Shown here: piece by piece, positions 41,001 to 50,655 of the stretch
Numbering within the stretch: the stretch's first letter is position 1
How the letters are laid out: each line of letters opens with the position of its first letter
Assembly (NCBI GenBank): GCA_963736115.1
Contig: CAVTNR010000009.1
Span: 64,001 to 128,000, forward strand
Direction: 5' to 3'
DNA: 64,000 nt
Source: an uncultured bacterium
GTDB taxonomy: Bacteria > Zhuqueibacterota > QNDG01 > DTFT01
Notes under the pieces: generated by a model
What the model saw: only the letters and a program-made list of their open reading frames with translations
The model's database searches: none
Told to the model about the DNA's origin: nothing
Program-made: the position numbers and the translations under genes

Positions 41001-42214
41001 AGACCGTGATCCTGCTCGGAGACGGCATGGCGGATTACCCAGTCCCGTCGCTCGGCGGCCGCACGCCGCTCATGGCGGCCCGCACGCCCGCCATGGACGA
41101 AGTGGCCGCGAAGGGACGCACGGGTCTGTTCCGCACGATCCGAGAAGGACAGCCCACGGGCTCGGCCGTGGCGAACCTCGCCGTGCTCGGATACGATCCG
41201 GACACGGATTTCAGCGGACGCGGCGTGCTCGAAGCCGCGAGCATCGGCCTTCCGTTTGACGGTAACGACCTGGTGTTCAGGGTCAACCTCATCCACGTCG
41301 CGAACGGCCTGATCGCAAGTCATTCCTCCGGCCACATCTCGAACGAGGAGGCGGGCACCCTCATCCGCGATCTGACCGAACCCGTGGCCGCGCTGGGAAT
41401 ACGCCTGCACCAGGGCCTGAGCTACCGCCACATCGGCATTCTTGCCGGCGGCGACACCCGTATCGCCTGCACCGAGCCGCACGACCACATCGGCGAACCC
41501 GCGGCCGATCGGCTGGTCCGCGCCCTGCATCCGGACGCGGAATCCACGGCCGCTACGCTGAACCGGATGATCGCCGAATCGGAGCGTCTTCTGGCCGATC
41601 ACCCCGTCAACCGCGCCCGCGCGGCGGGCGGAAAACCGACGGCCAACCGGCTGTGGCCCTGGTCGGCCGGCAAAAAACCGGCGATGCGTTCCTTCGAGTC
41701 CCTGCACGGCACCAAGGCCGTGGTCATTTCCGCCGTGGATCTGATCAAGGGCATCGCCGTGACCGCGGGAATGGAGGTCGTTTCCGTCGCGGGCGCGACG
41801 GGGCTGTACGACACCAACTACGAGGGCAAGGCGGAAACCTGCCTTCGCGCCCTCCGGGACCGCGACTTCGTGTATGTGCACGTCGAAGCCGCGGACGAGG
41901 CCGGTCATGACCGGAACGTGGAGTTGAAGATCCGCTGTATCGAGGACCTGGACCGCCGCTGTCTCCGCCGCATTCTGGACGGCCTGTCCAGGAGCGGCAT
42001 GGAAGCCGTCATCGCCGTGCTCCCCGACCACCCGACTCCGGTCACGCTCGGTTCGCACGTGCGCGATCCGGTGCCCGTCGCGATCTGGGACCCCCGCGTT
42101 CAGCCGGACGCAGTGACGCGATACGACGAGGAGAGCGTCCGGTCCGGAAGCCTCGGCATCCTGGAGGGATCGGAATTCATCCGTCTGCTGCTCGGATCCG
42201 GTCCGACGAAGTGA
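40997..42214 (+). CDS. apgM: Cofactor-independent phosphoglycerate mutase family (ApgM-like; proposed homoserine kinase)
   Basis: LGDGMAD, GSAVAN, SGRGVLEA, HVEAADEAGH, PDHPTP; ATGA overlap with thrC. Confidence 0.85.
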   Translation: MKTVILLGDGMADYPVPSLGGRTPLMAARTPAMDEVAAKGRTGLFRTIREGQPTGSAVANLAVLGYDPDTDFSGRGVLEAASIGLPFDGNDLVFRVNLIHVANGLIASHSSGHISNEEAGTLIRDLTEPVAALGIRLHQGLSYRHIGILAGGDTRIACTEPHDHIGEPAADRLVRALHPDAESTAATLNRMIAESERLLADHPVNRARAAGGKPTANRLWPWSAGKKPAMRSFESLHGTKAVVISAVDLIKGIAVTAGMEVVSVAGATGLYDTNYEGKAETCLRALRDRDFVYVHVEAADEAGHDRNVELKIRCIEDLDRRCLRRILDGLSRSGMEAVIAVLPDHPTPVTLGSHVRDPVPVAIWDPRVQPDAVTRYDEESVRSGSLGILEGSEFIRLLLGSGPTK

Positions 42215-42292
42215 CCGGAGCCGGTTGTCGGTCCGAGCTTTCGGAATCCGCAACGCAAACGCAAATCAACCCGTATCAGAGGAGCTGACAGA

Positions 42293-43441
42293 ATGGCCAA
42301 CGGCAAACCCGCAGAAGACAAAACCTTTGTGAGGGGTCTCGAAGGCGTCATCGCCGCGGAAACCAACATCTCATGGGTGGACGGCACCCACGGAAAGCTG
42401 TACTACTGGGGATACGACATCCATGACATCGCCGAAAAGGTCACGTTCGAAGAGGTGATCTTCCTTCTCTGGAACGGCCGGTTTCCGAACCGGACCGAAT
42501 GGGAGACCCTGCGGCGGGAGCTGGCATCCGAGATGCGGCTCCCGAGCCAGGTGGTCGACCTCCTCAAGCTCATGCCGCCCAACGCCCATCCCATGCAGGT
42601 GCTCCAGACCGCGGTCGCCATGCTCGGCGTGTTCGATCCCGACTCCGGCATCAACGGCCCGGAAGCGAACCTCCGAAAAGCCAAACGGCTCGTGGCGCAG
42701 GTTCCGACTCTGATCGCCGATCTGCACCGCATCCGGAAAGGGCTTCCGCTCATCTCCGCGGATCCCCAGCTCGGCATTTCGGACAACTTCCTGTACATGC
42801 TGAGAGGCGCGCCGCCCGAGGAGATCGAGCACACAGTCATGGATCTGATCATGGTGCTCCACACCGACCACGGGCTCAACGCCTCGACTTTCGCGGGCCG
42901 AGTGATCGCCAGCACCCTCTCCGACATGCACGCCGCCCTGGCCGGCGCCATCGGCGCGCTGAAGGGCCCCTTGCACGGCGGCGCCAATCAGAAGGTCATG
43001 GAAATGATCCTCCAGATCGGCAAGGTCGACATGGTCCAGGATTACATCGCCGGCATGCTGGATAACCGGCGGAAAATCATGGGATTCGGCCACCGGGTCT
43101 ACCGGACCGAGGACCCGCGCGCCCGGCACCTGCGCAAGTACTCTGAGATGCTGTGCGAAATGCGCGGATTCAAGGAGCTCTACGACATATCCCACAAGGT
43201 CGAGACACTGGTCCGCGAGCAGAAGGGGATTTACCCCAACGTCGACTTCTATTCCGCCACGGTCCAGCACGCCATGGGCATTCCGGCCGACTTCTTCACT
43301 GCCGTGTTCGCCGCGGCCCGAACCGCCGGCTGGGTCGCCCACATCATGGAGCAGTACGCCGACAACCGGCTCATCCGGCCGACCTCGAAATACACGGCCG
43401 AACTCGGCATCCCGTTCACGCCCATGGACCAGCGGTCGTGA
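42293..43441 (+). CDS. Citrate synthase / 2-methylcitrate synthase family
   Basis: GLEGV, DHGLNASTF, GPLHGGAN, GFGHRVY, YPNVDFYS. Confidence 0.93.
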   Translation: MANGKPAEDKTFVRGLEGVIAAETNISWVDGTHGKLYYWGYDIHDIAEKVTFEEVIFLLWNGRFPNRTEWETLRRELASEMRLPSQVVDLLKLMPPNAHPMQVLQTAVAMLGVFDPDSGINGPEANLRKAKRLVAQVPTLIADLHRIRKGLPLISADPQLGISDNFLYMLRGAPPEEIEHTVMDLIMVLHTDHGLNASTFAGRVIASTLSDMHAALAGAIGALKGPLHGGANQKVMEMILQIGKVDMVQDYIAGMLDNRRKIMGFGHRVYRTEDPRARHLRKYSEMLCEMRGFKELYDISHKVETLVREQKGIYPNVDFYSATVQHAMGIPADFFTAVFAAARTAGWVAHIMEQYADNRLIRPTSKYTAELGIPFTPMDQRS

Positions 43442-44703
43442 CCGACCTCGACCTGCTCGGCCGTTTCGCCGTCGCCCTGGGCGTCGGTCTCCTGATCGGC
43501 CTCCAGCGTCAGGTCGCGCTGGCCAAGCCCCGCCAAGAGCTCGCTCTCGGTGTCCGGACCTTCGCCCTGTGCGCGGTTTCGGGTTTCGCGTCCGCCCTGC
43601 TGTCAAACGCGGAGGGGTCGCCCGCCGTGTTCGCCGCCGTGACCGCCATTCTGGGCCTTATGATCGCGATCGGGTACTTCCGTGAAACATCTTCCGGCAG
43701 ACCGGGATTGACCACGCGGGTCGCCGCGATGCTCACCCTCCTGCTCGGCGCGCTGGCCGCGCACGGCAGTCTGACGCTGGTGTCCGCGGTCGGCGTTTCA
43801 ACGACGGCTCTGCTCTCGTTCAAAGGCGAGATGCACCGATTCGCGCGTCTCCTCACGCGGGAGGATCTGTTTGCCGTCCTGAAATTCGCGCTCGTGTCGG
43901 TCGTCGTTCTCCCCGTTCTTCCGGACCGGCCCGTCGGGAGCTACCCGTTCGACGCGCTGAATCCGTACCGGATCTGGCTTTTCGTGGTGCTCATATCCGC
44001 AATCGGTTTTGTGGGCTATGCGCTTGTCAAATGGAAACGCGCGGATCGGGGTATCGCCCTCACCGGCCTGGTCGGCGGACTCGCGTCCAGTACCGCGGTG
44101 ACCTTCAGTTTCTCCGGCCGGAGTCGGACGAGCCCCGCCCTTTCCCGCCTGTTCGCATCCGGCGTGCTTTTGGCCTGGGCCGTCATGTTCGTCCGGATCG
44201 GCGCGGTGCTGGCGGTCGTCAACCCGGGCCTGCTGGGACAATGCTGGCCGTTTCTGGCCGCTTGCACCGCCGCGGGACTGCTCGTTTCCAGCCTGCTGTG
44301 GCGACAGCCATGCAAAAACGCATCCGGCCGCGGCGTGGCGTTCCACAATCCCTTCGAACTGGGGATGTCCCTGAAATTCGGGGCCGTTTATGCCGCGGTC
44401 CTGCTGGTGATGCGCGTCGCCCAGTTCCGTTTCGGAAATTCCGGACTTTACGCGACATCCGTCCTGTCCGGGCTTCTGGACGTGGACGCGATCGTTCTCT
44501 CGACCGCGCGCATGCAGCAGACGGCCGCCGGGCTGACCGCCTCGTCGGCCGCGGTCGCCGTGGCCCTGGCCGCATTCGCGAACACCCTCTTCAAGATGGG
44601 CGTTTGCTGGTTTTCCGGATCGCCGGAGTTCCGCCGCGCGATGCTCCCGGGATTCCTGCTCATCACAGCCGCCTGTCTCGGGCAGGTCTTCCTACTCTTA
44701 TAG
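43438..44703 (+). CDS. MgtC/SapB family membrane protein (DUF4010)
   Basis: ALGVGLLIGLQR..GVRTF..GLTT; GGLASSTAVT; SGLLDVDAI; GTG start overlapping the upstream TGA. Confidence 0.88.
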   Translation: MTDLDLLGRFAVALGVGLLIGLQRQVALAKPRQELALGVRTFALCAVSGFASALLSNAEGSPAVFAAVTAILGLMIAIGYFRETSSGRPGLTTRVAAMLTLLLGALAAHGSLTLVSAVGVSTTALLSFKGEMHRFARLLTREDLFAVLKFALVSVVVLPVLPDRPVGSYPFDALNPYRIWLFVVLISAIGFVGYALVKWKRADRGIALTGLVGGLASSTAVTFSFSGRSRTSPALSRLFASGVLLAWAVMFVRIGAVLAVVNPGLLGQCWPFLAACTAAGLLVSSLLWRQPCKNASGRGVAFHNPFELGMSLKFGAVYAAVLLVMRVAQFRFGNSGLYATSVLSGLLDVDAIVLSTARMQQTAAGLTASSAAVAVALAAFANTLFKMGVCWFSGSPEFRRAMLPGFLLITAACLGQVFLLL

Positions 44704-44787
44704 GACCCGCGGCGCGGTCCTGCCGGATGCAGGCCGGGCGGGCCACCGGGTCGCAAGCTTTTTCAGTCCGTTCAGGAGAATCGTCTC

Positions 44788-46080
44788 ATGAAATCGTTGA
44801 ATCCGCAGGCGGAATCGCTCAACAACCGGATCCGCAATGATAACCCGGCCGTTTACGACCTTCTCTCCGCGAAGGGAAAGGCCGTCTATTTTCCCCATCT
44901 CGGAATCGTGAAGCAGTCCGCGGACGCTCGCGGCAAAGCCATCGACGCCACGATCGGCATCGCCGTTGAGGACGACGGCTCGCCCATGCGGTTCCACGCG
45001 ATCGCCGACCGCCTGCGGGTCGATCCGAAACAGTCCTTCACCTATGCCTCCAGCTACGGCAAACCGGAACTTCGAAAGAAATGGCGGGAAATGATTCTGG
45101 CGAAGAATCCGTCCCTGAAAGGAACGGTCAGCCTGCCGGTCGTCTCCCATGCGCTCACCCACGGGCTCAGCATGGCCGGCTACCTGTTCGTGGACCCCGG
45201 AGACGCCATCCTGCTCCCGGACAAGTACTGGGAGAATTACGAACTGCTCTTCGATCTGGCGTACGGCGCGAATCTCTCCTTCTTCAACACATTCAAAGGG
45301 CAGGGCCTCGACCTGGACGCGTTCGAAAAGGGCCTGAAGGCCCTCGGCCCCAAGAAAATCGTCCTGCTTACCTTCCCCAACAATCCAACGGGTTATACCC
45401 CCACCGAGGCGGAGCAGGAACGCATGGTCCGTCTGCTGACGGCCGAAGCGGAAGCCGGGAACCGAGTGCTCGTACTCGCGGATGACGCTTATTTCGGCCT
45501 GGTATACGAACCCGGCGTGGCCAAAGAATCCATTTTCGCGCGGCTGGCGGACGCCCACGAGAACCTGCTCGCGGTCAAGATCGACGGGGCGACCAAGGAG
45601 GATTACGTGTGGGGTTTCCGGGTGGGTTTCCTGACATACGGCTCGAAGGGGATCACGGCCGAAACCTGCGCGGCGCTGGAGGACAAGACCGCTGGCGCCT
45701 TGCGGGGGAACATCTCCAACGCCTCGCACCTGTCGCAGACCCTCGTGTTCGACGGATTTTCTTCGCCGGATTACGACGCGGTGAAGAAGGAAAAGTTTGA
45801 GATCCTGAAGAATCGGTACCAGCGGGTCAAGGCCGTTCTGGCGGCGAACGGGAAACGGTACGCTGACGCGTTCACGCCGCTTCCGTTCAATTCCGGGTAT
45901 TTCATGTGCGTGGAACTGCGGGAGGGGCTGTCCGCCGAAGCCGTGCGCCAGACCCTGCTCGCGAAGTACGACACGGGCGTCATCGCCCTGGGCCGCCTGA
46001 TCCGCGTCGCCTTCTCAGCCATACCCGCGGAGAAGATCGAGCCGTTGTTCGAGAATATCTACGCGGCATGTAAAGAATAG
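44788..46080 (+). CDS. Aminotransferase class I/II, PLP-dependent
   Basis: FPNNPTGY, DDAYFG, DGATKEDYVWGFRVG. Confidence 0.92.
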   Translation: MKSLNPQAESLNNRIRNDNPAVYDLLSAKGKAVYFPHLGIVKQSADARGKAIDATIGIAVEDDGSPMRFHAIADRLRVDPKQSFTYASSYGKPELRKKWREMILAKNPSLKGTVSLPVVSHALTHGLSMAGYLFVDPGDAILLPDKYWENYELLFDLAYGANLSFFNTFKGQGLDLDAFEKGLKALGPKKIVLLTFPNNPTGYTPTEAEQERMVRLLTAEAEAGNRVLVLADDAYFGLVYEPGVAKESIFARLADAHENLLAVKIDGATKEDYVWGFRVGFLTYGSKGITAETCAALEDKTAGALRGNISNASHLSQTLVFDGFSSPDYDAVKKEKFEILKNRYQRVKAVLAANGKRYADAFTPLPFNSGYFMCVELREGLSAEAVRQTLLAKYDTGVIALGRLIRVAFSAIPAEKIEPLFENIYAACKE

Positions 46081-46108
46081 ATACGATCCCTGTAACCGGA
46101 GAAATTCT

Positions 46109-46205
46109 TACGGCCCGTTCGTCCTGAGCCTGTCGAAGGACGAACGGGCCGTATCTATAACAGGCATCTCTGATTCGTAGCGGCGAAGCGCCGCCTCGCC
46201 CCTAC
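46109..46205. repeat. Two REP-like palindromes (CCTGAGCCTGTCGAAGG type and GTAG type) between convergent genes
   Basis: tacggcccgttcgtcctgagcctgtcgaaggacgaacgggccgta (46109-46153) and gtagcggcgaagcgccgcctcgcccctac (46177-46205). Confidence 0.7.
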
Positions 46206-46215
46206 GATAACTTAC

Positions 46216-46533
46216 CTATCCGATCCCGATCAACATTTTATACTTCTTCGTCCCCCTGATCCGTTTCAGCTCCTTCTCCCGACGCATCGCCTGCTTACGC
46301 GTCCGGAATTCCTCCCGGTAAATCTCTTTCCATCCGGAAAACCGCTTCGTCCACCCCCGGTTCCCGGCTGCATTGTGCTGACGGATACGCTTTTCCACAT
46401 CCTGCGAATACCCGATGTACATTCGGCTTTCGGCGGAGCGGAGAACATAGACTGTGAATGTCCTCCGCTTCCTGCGGACGCCAACAGTCTTAGCTGTTTT
46501 CCGCTTGATAGTGCTCGTTTTCTTCCTGTCCAT
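46216..46533 (-). CDS. Small GIY-YIG nuclease family protein (UPF0213-like)
   Basis: FTVYVLRS..MYIGYSQDVEKRIRQHN...AMRREKELK. Confidence 0.88.
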   Translation of the reverse strand: MDRKKTSTIKRKTAKTVGVRRKRRTFTVYVLRSAESRMYIGYSQDVEKRIRQHNAAGNRGWTKRFSGWKEIYREEFRTRKQAMRREKELKRIRGTKKYKMLIGIG

Positions 46534-46735
46534 GATGCTCCCGCGATTCCGTTCCTGAAAGATAGGACGAACCCGGCAAACAGTCAAGAAATGGAATGAA
46601 GGATCCCGCATCCGGCCTCCGAGTCGAGGGCTACTTAACTTAACATGTTCAGCCGCCTTGCGCGTGAATTTTCGGATTGCTAAATTGTTTGTCGGATTGT
46701 ATCCACCCGGTCCGGCCGCGGCCGTAAAAATGGCA

Positions 46736-46814
46736 TTGAAACTCCCCGCCGCCCGCTTTGCGGGATCAAGCTATTAATATTTATGAATTTTTGAAGACAT
46801 GCAGCGGGCCTTCA
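46736..46814 (+). mobile_element. Partial hairpin MITE with the nested module
   Basis: ttgaaactccccgccg[cccgctttgcgggatcaagctatta...ttgaagaca]tgcagcggg. Confidence 0.6.
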
Positions 46815-47111
46815 AAAAAAATCGAATTGCTTGGTCCGGCGAAGCCGGGTCATGCGCGCGAGATCAGATTGAACAAACCCGGCTTCAAGCCAATTCCAGG
46901 GCCCGGGTAAAAACGTTGAGAAAGTGGAGTGCTTGATACTGTCGTCCATTTCCGGGTAAATCACCCGACTCATTCGGCTTGCAGCGCGAACCCGAATAGA
47001 AACTCAGGCAAGCAGATAAAAAACATCTTGTTTCTTTGATGTTTTTACGATATCTTATATTAATCATAGAGTTTTATATTGGTGACCGGGAAAAAATTCA
47101 GCGGGAAGTGC

Positions 47112-48098
47112 ATGATGAAATTCCATCCTGTTGTTCCGGCTGCAATCATGATGGTTTTCCTCGCTTGCAGTAAAATTGTCGCCCCTGAAGACATCCAGCC
47201 TCCCGAAACGCCCGCAAATTTCTCGCTTCTGGGCGGAGGGGATGGCGAGGCGCGTTTTCGATGGGCAAAAAACGTCGAGCCTGATTTTGACCAGTTCCGT
47301 CTTTATCGAGCTGTTCATGCCGCAGCCCTTTTCCGCATGGTCGCTTCCATCTCGGAAAATGAATATGCAGACCGCTTCCTGTCGTATGATTCAACTTATT
47401 ACTACTATCTGACGGCGGTCGATTTCGCGGGGAACGAAAGCAAACCGACCAACGTGATCGACATTAGACCCATCAATATTTCGTCTCCGCCAAGCCCCGA
47501 AAACATCGTTGTCAACGGACACAACTACCCGAATCTGAAAATAACGGAATGCGTGGTCAGCTGGATTCCCCCCGGGATCAGCGATCTTTTCAAGTTTAAA
47601 ATTTATCGCGGCAATTCGGATGAGTTCCCGGCAGACAACTCGACTTTCCTGGACACCTCGCTTGTCAGTATCTACTACGACCGGCGAGTCAGCCCCGGAA
47701 CACGCTATTATTACCGAATTGTCTGCGTCGACCGCGGCGGTTTGGAAAGCATTCCGAGTCTGCCGGGGAATGACCGCATTCTTGAAACCGTGGAGCAGAA
47801 CGGGCCTGCGAATCGGGTAGTGGTTTCGCCTCCTTTCAGCTTCTCGTGGTCCCCCGTTGACAGTGCGGCCGGATACCGGGTTTTTGTGGCCCTTGCGCCG
47901 CTTTCGAACGTGATCTGGAGCTCGTCATTTACCAAAACCGGAACCGTCGAATTCAATAACAGAAACCTCGCATCCAATCGAATTTATTACTGGTGGGTGG
48001 GCGCCTACAGCAAGAACCCGGAACCCATCGCCCCGGGCGCGGACACGACCGTTGAATTAAATTCCCGAAGCGAAGTCTGGTCCTTTTTTGTCCAGTAA
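47112..48098 (+). CDS. Fibronectin type III domain lipoprotein
   Basis: Lipobox FLAC; YYYYLTAVDFAGNES and YYYRIVCVDRGGLES Fn3 motifs. Confidence 0.82.
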   Translation: MMKFHPVVPAAIMMVFLACSKIVAPEDIQPPETPANFSLLGGGDGEARFRWAKNVEPDFDQFRLYRAVHAAALFRMVASISENEYADRFLSYDSTYYYYLTAVDFAGNESKPTNVIDIRPINISSPPSPENIVVNGHNYPNLKITECVVSWIPPGISDLFKFKIYRGNSDEFPADNSTFLDTSLVSIYYDRRVSPGTRYYYRIVCVDRGGLESIPSLPGNDRILETVEQNGPANRVVVSPPFSFSWSPVDSAAGYRVFVALAPLSNVIWSSSFTKTGTVEFNNRNLASNRIYYWWVGAYSKNPEPIAPGADTTVELNSRSEVWSFFVQ

Positions 48099-48133
48099 TA
48101 CAGCCTTCATTCCGAACAGGGGAGAGGCGGAAT

Positions 48134-49351
48134 ATGCATAACCACAATTGTCATTCCAGTCTACGCATTACTTTATTCTTTCTCCTGTTGTTGATTCCGG
48201 TTTCTCTCTGGTCGATCGACGTCAAAGTCGCCTTGAAAAACGGAAACGAAATCTGCGGGCAGGTCAAGGAAGAAACCGCTGAATACATCGTTGTCGACAA
48301 CGAGATCGGCCAGATCAAAATTTGGAAAAACCAGATTCGACAGCTCGTTTATTCCGACACTCCGTCGATATCTTCCACCGGCGAACAATCGCCGGATGCG
48401 ATGGATATGCTGAATGACCTGGTCATTGTCCACCTGAACAATGAGAGCGTCATTAACGGCCAACTCATCGCCAAGAGTCTCGGTTCGATCCTGATCCGGA
48501 CCGAACTGGGACGCCTCTCAATTGCCAAATCCGATGTCCGTTTGATCGAATATATCAACTCTCAGTTCGCTGAGCGCGGCGAAAAAGTGCTCGTTCAACT
48601 CGTTTCGGGCGCAACAATCCAGGGCTTTCTCCATCATGAAGACCGCGGTTCACTGACCGTGGACAGCGAAATGGGCCGATTGACGATTCCGAAGCCGAAC
48701 CTGCGGAGCATCCAGTATTTCGAAATGGAAGACCGACAGCGCGAATTTCTTCCCGAAACAAAACAATCATTTTCCCGGCCGTCCGAGACCGGCGGCGAAA
48801 TCAAAGCGCCTTCAACCCAAAGGCAGGACATTCTCGCGTTGGGGTATTCAACCCGATTTGGAAATGATTATGGTCTGGGAGGGGTTTTCGCGTATCAAAG
48901 CCGGTTTCACGTTAAAACATTTTCATCTTTTAGCCTATATACCGAGTGTTTTCTGGATCTGGCGATTTTCTCTTTGAAAAAAGATGCGGTTCTGGATCAG
49001 GCGATTCCCGGATCCATCAACGCCACGGGGACAGCCATCGTCTCTTCGTTCGGCGTGGGCGCGCCCTTTCACTTTTATTCCTCCGACGGCTCGCCTTATG
49101 AATTTTTCATCCAGCCCAACCTTGAAATGAACCTGGTTTACACCAGCCTGAAAAAGGAGTATCCTTCCTATCCCAGCCTTAATTCCGAGCTGCGTTCCTC
49201 CGATTTTCTTTTTGGCTTCGGGCTGAACGCCGGAATCGACTATACGCTGAAACCCGAATTGCGTCTCGGATTGTGCTACACCATGCATTTTATTCTGGGC
49301 GAAACGGATTATTCCGGCCTCTGTCTGCGTCTCACCACAAAATTCTTCTAA
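48134..49351 (+). CDS. Secreted protein with three N-terminal Sm-like repeats and a C-terminal outer-membrane beta-barrel
   Basis: Signal peptide; three V.L.NG..I.G...I.V....G.I.I.K..IR.I.Y repeats; amphipathic strands ending in F. Confidence 0.65.
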   Translation: MHNHNCHSSLRITLFFLLLLIPVSLWSIDVKVALKNGNEICGQVKEETAEYIVVDNEIGQIKIWKNQIRQLVYSDTPSISSTGEQSPDAMDMLNDLVIVHLNNESVINGQLIAKSLGSILIRTELGRLSIAKSDVRLIEYINSQFAERGEKVLVQLVSGATIQGFLHHEDRGSLTVDSEMGRLTIPKPNLRSIQYFEMEDRQREFLPETKQSFSRPSETGGEIKAPSTQRQDILALGYSTRFGNDYGLGGVFAYQSRFHVKTFSSFSLYTECFLDLAIFSLKKDAVLDQAIPGSINATGTAIVSSFGVGAPFHFYSSDGSPYEFFIQPNLEMNLVYTSLKKEYPSYPSLNSELRSSDFLFGFGLNAGIDYTLKPELRLGLCYTMHFILGETDYSGLCLRLTTKFF

Positions 49352-49354
49352 GCG

Positions 49355-50188
49355 ATGTCCAACCGAATACTGCTGGCCTGCCTGTGTCTCTCTTTCGGCC
49401 CGGGACGGGCCGCTGAAATTACCCCGTGCCTCTCCAGCAGTTCGAATCAATGGTTCATCTCGGAAGTCTGGGGAGGCACGGCAACGCTTATCAACCCGGC
49501 GGCGCTCGCGACTTCAGCCCGCGATGACGGGCTGTGGCTGTCTTACGCATTCATCGGCGACGAGATGGGCTCTGGCGACAAAGAATTCGGCTTCAGCATC
49601 GGCAATCTCGGATTCGGTTTTCAGAACTACGACATGCGCTCCGGAAACGACACCCTGCCCTGCTATATCTATCGAATCGGCTTGTCCGTGGGCGGCAGGC
49701 TGTTTTCGCTGGGCACGAGCCAGAATTTGACGGAAATTCGTTTCCCGAGCCGTTACCCCCGCCTGTTTACGCTCGATGCGGGATTTGTTTGTAATCCCCT
49801 GTCCGTCGTGAGAATTGCCGGTCTTGTCCGCAATGTCGACGACAATCAGCATCGGGAATTCCGCATCAAACGCGAGTATATCGCGGGTTTCATGCTCCGT
49901 TTCGTCGATGCGGGATTCCGTCTTCTGGCGCAGGCAGCAGCCCATGACCGAATTCGAGGCCTGGATGAAGTCTCCTATCGTTATGGAATCAGCGCATATC
50001 CCCTGAAACGCCTGGGATTGACGCTGATGTCGCTCAGGGAGCCTCATGCCGAAGATCATTTTGCGGCCTTGCTGTCCACGCCTCTGATCGGGGGAGTTTC
50101 CGCCCGATTGGGCCTGTATGCGAAATCCCGACTCCACATCGATGCCTTTTCCATTTCATGCCAGCTACCGCTTCAAACCGGAAATTAA
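49355..50188 (+). CDS. Hypothetical secreted protein, probable beta-barrel
   Basis: Signal-like N-terminus; INPAALA and LDAGF motifs; alternating strands; 3 bp from the upstream stop. Confidence 0.6.
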   Translation: MSNRILLACLCLSFGPGRAAEITPCLSSSSNQWFISEVWGGTATLINPAALATSARDDGLWLSYAFIGDEMGSGDKEFGFSIGNLGFGFQNYDMRSGNDTLPCYIYRIGLSVGGRLFSLGTSQNLTEIRFPSRYPRLFTLDAGFVCNPLSVVRIAGLVRNVDDNQHREFRIKREYIAGFMLRFVDAGFRLLAQAAAHDRIRGLDEVSYRYGISAYPLKRLGLTLMSLREPHAEDHFAALLSTPLIGGVSARLGLYAKSRLHIDAFSISCQLPLQTGN

Positions 50189-50655
50189 CGCTGTCTTGTC
50201 TGGAGTTGAAATATATGCGGGTTTCAACCCGGCTTGAAACCCGCGCGGGCGGAAAGTGGCCATCGATCCTTAACGCCGCGTGAGAACACCCGCCGAACCG
50301 CTCATTTCTTTTGGGGATTCATGAAACGGTCCGGATTGCGCTCGAGTTTCATCCCCAGTTGCGGTTTCAGGAGGACAGGATCCTTCCCCGCACGCGTCCC
50401 GAGGCGCCTGCCCTGGATTTCCGATCCGCTTTTCATCGGGTTTTGATTCGCACCGGAATCTCCGGCCCCGCACAAAGCGGTGGACCTTTCTTGTTTTGAT
50501 AATGAATACCGTATCCGCGTACACGCAATATCCCATGATCACGGCGAATGCAGCCTGCGGATGACCGCATCCCGCGAAACCGGGACCGAACCGTCTTCGC
50601 CGGAATCCGGGATCGTTTTTTCCCGCCCGAAAAAAAGCAATCCCCGGAGTTCACC

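Noticed and set aside
43153-43437. N-terminal extension of the MgtC-like ORF
   Set aside because: Overlaps citrate synthase; the real start is the GTG at 43438.
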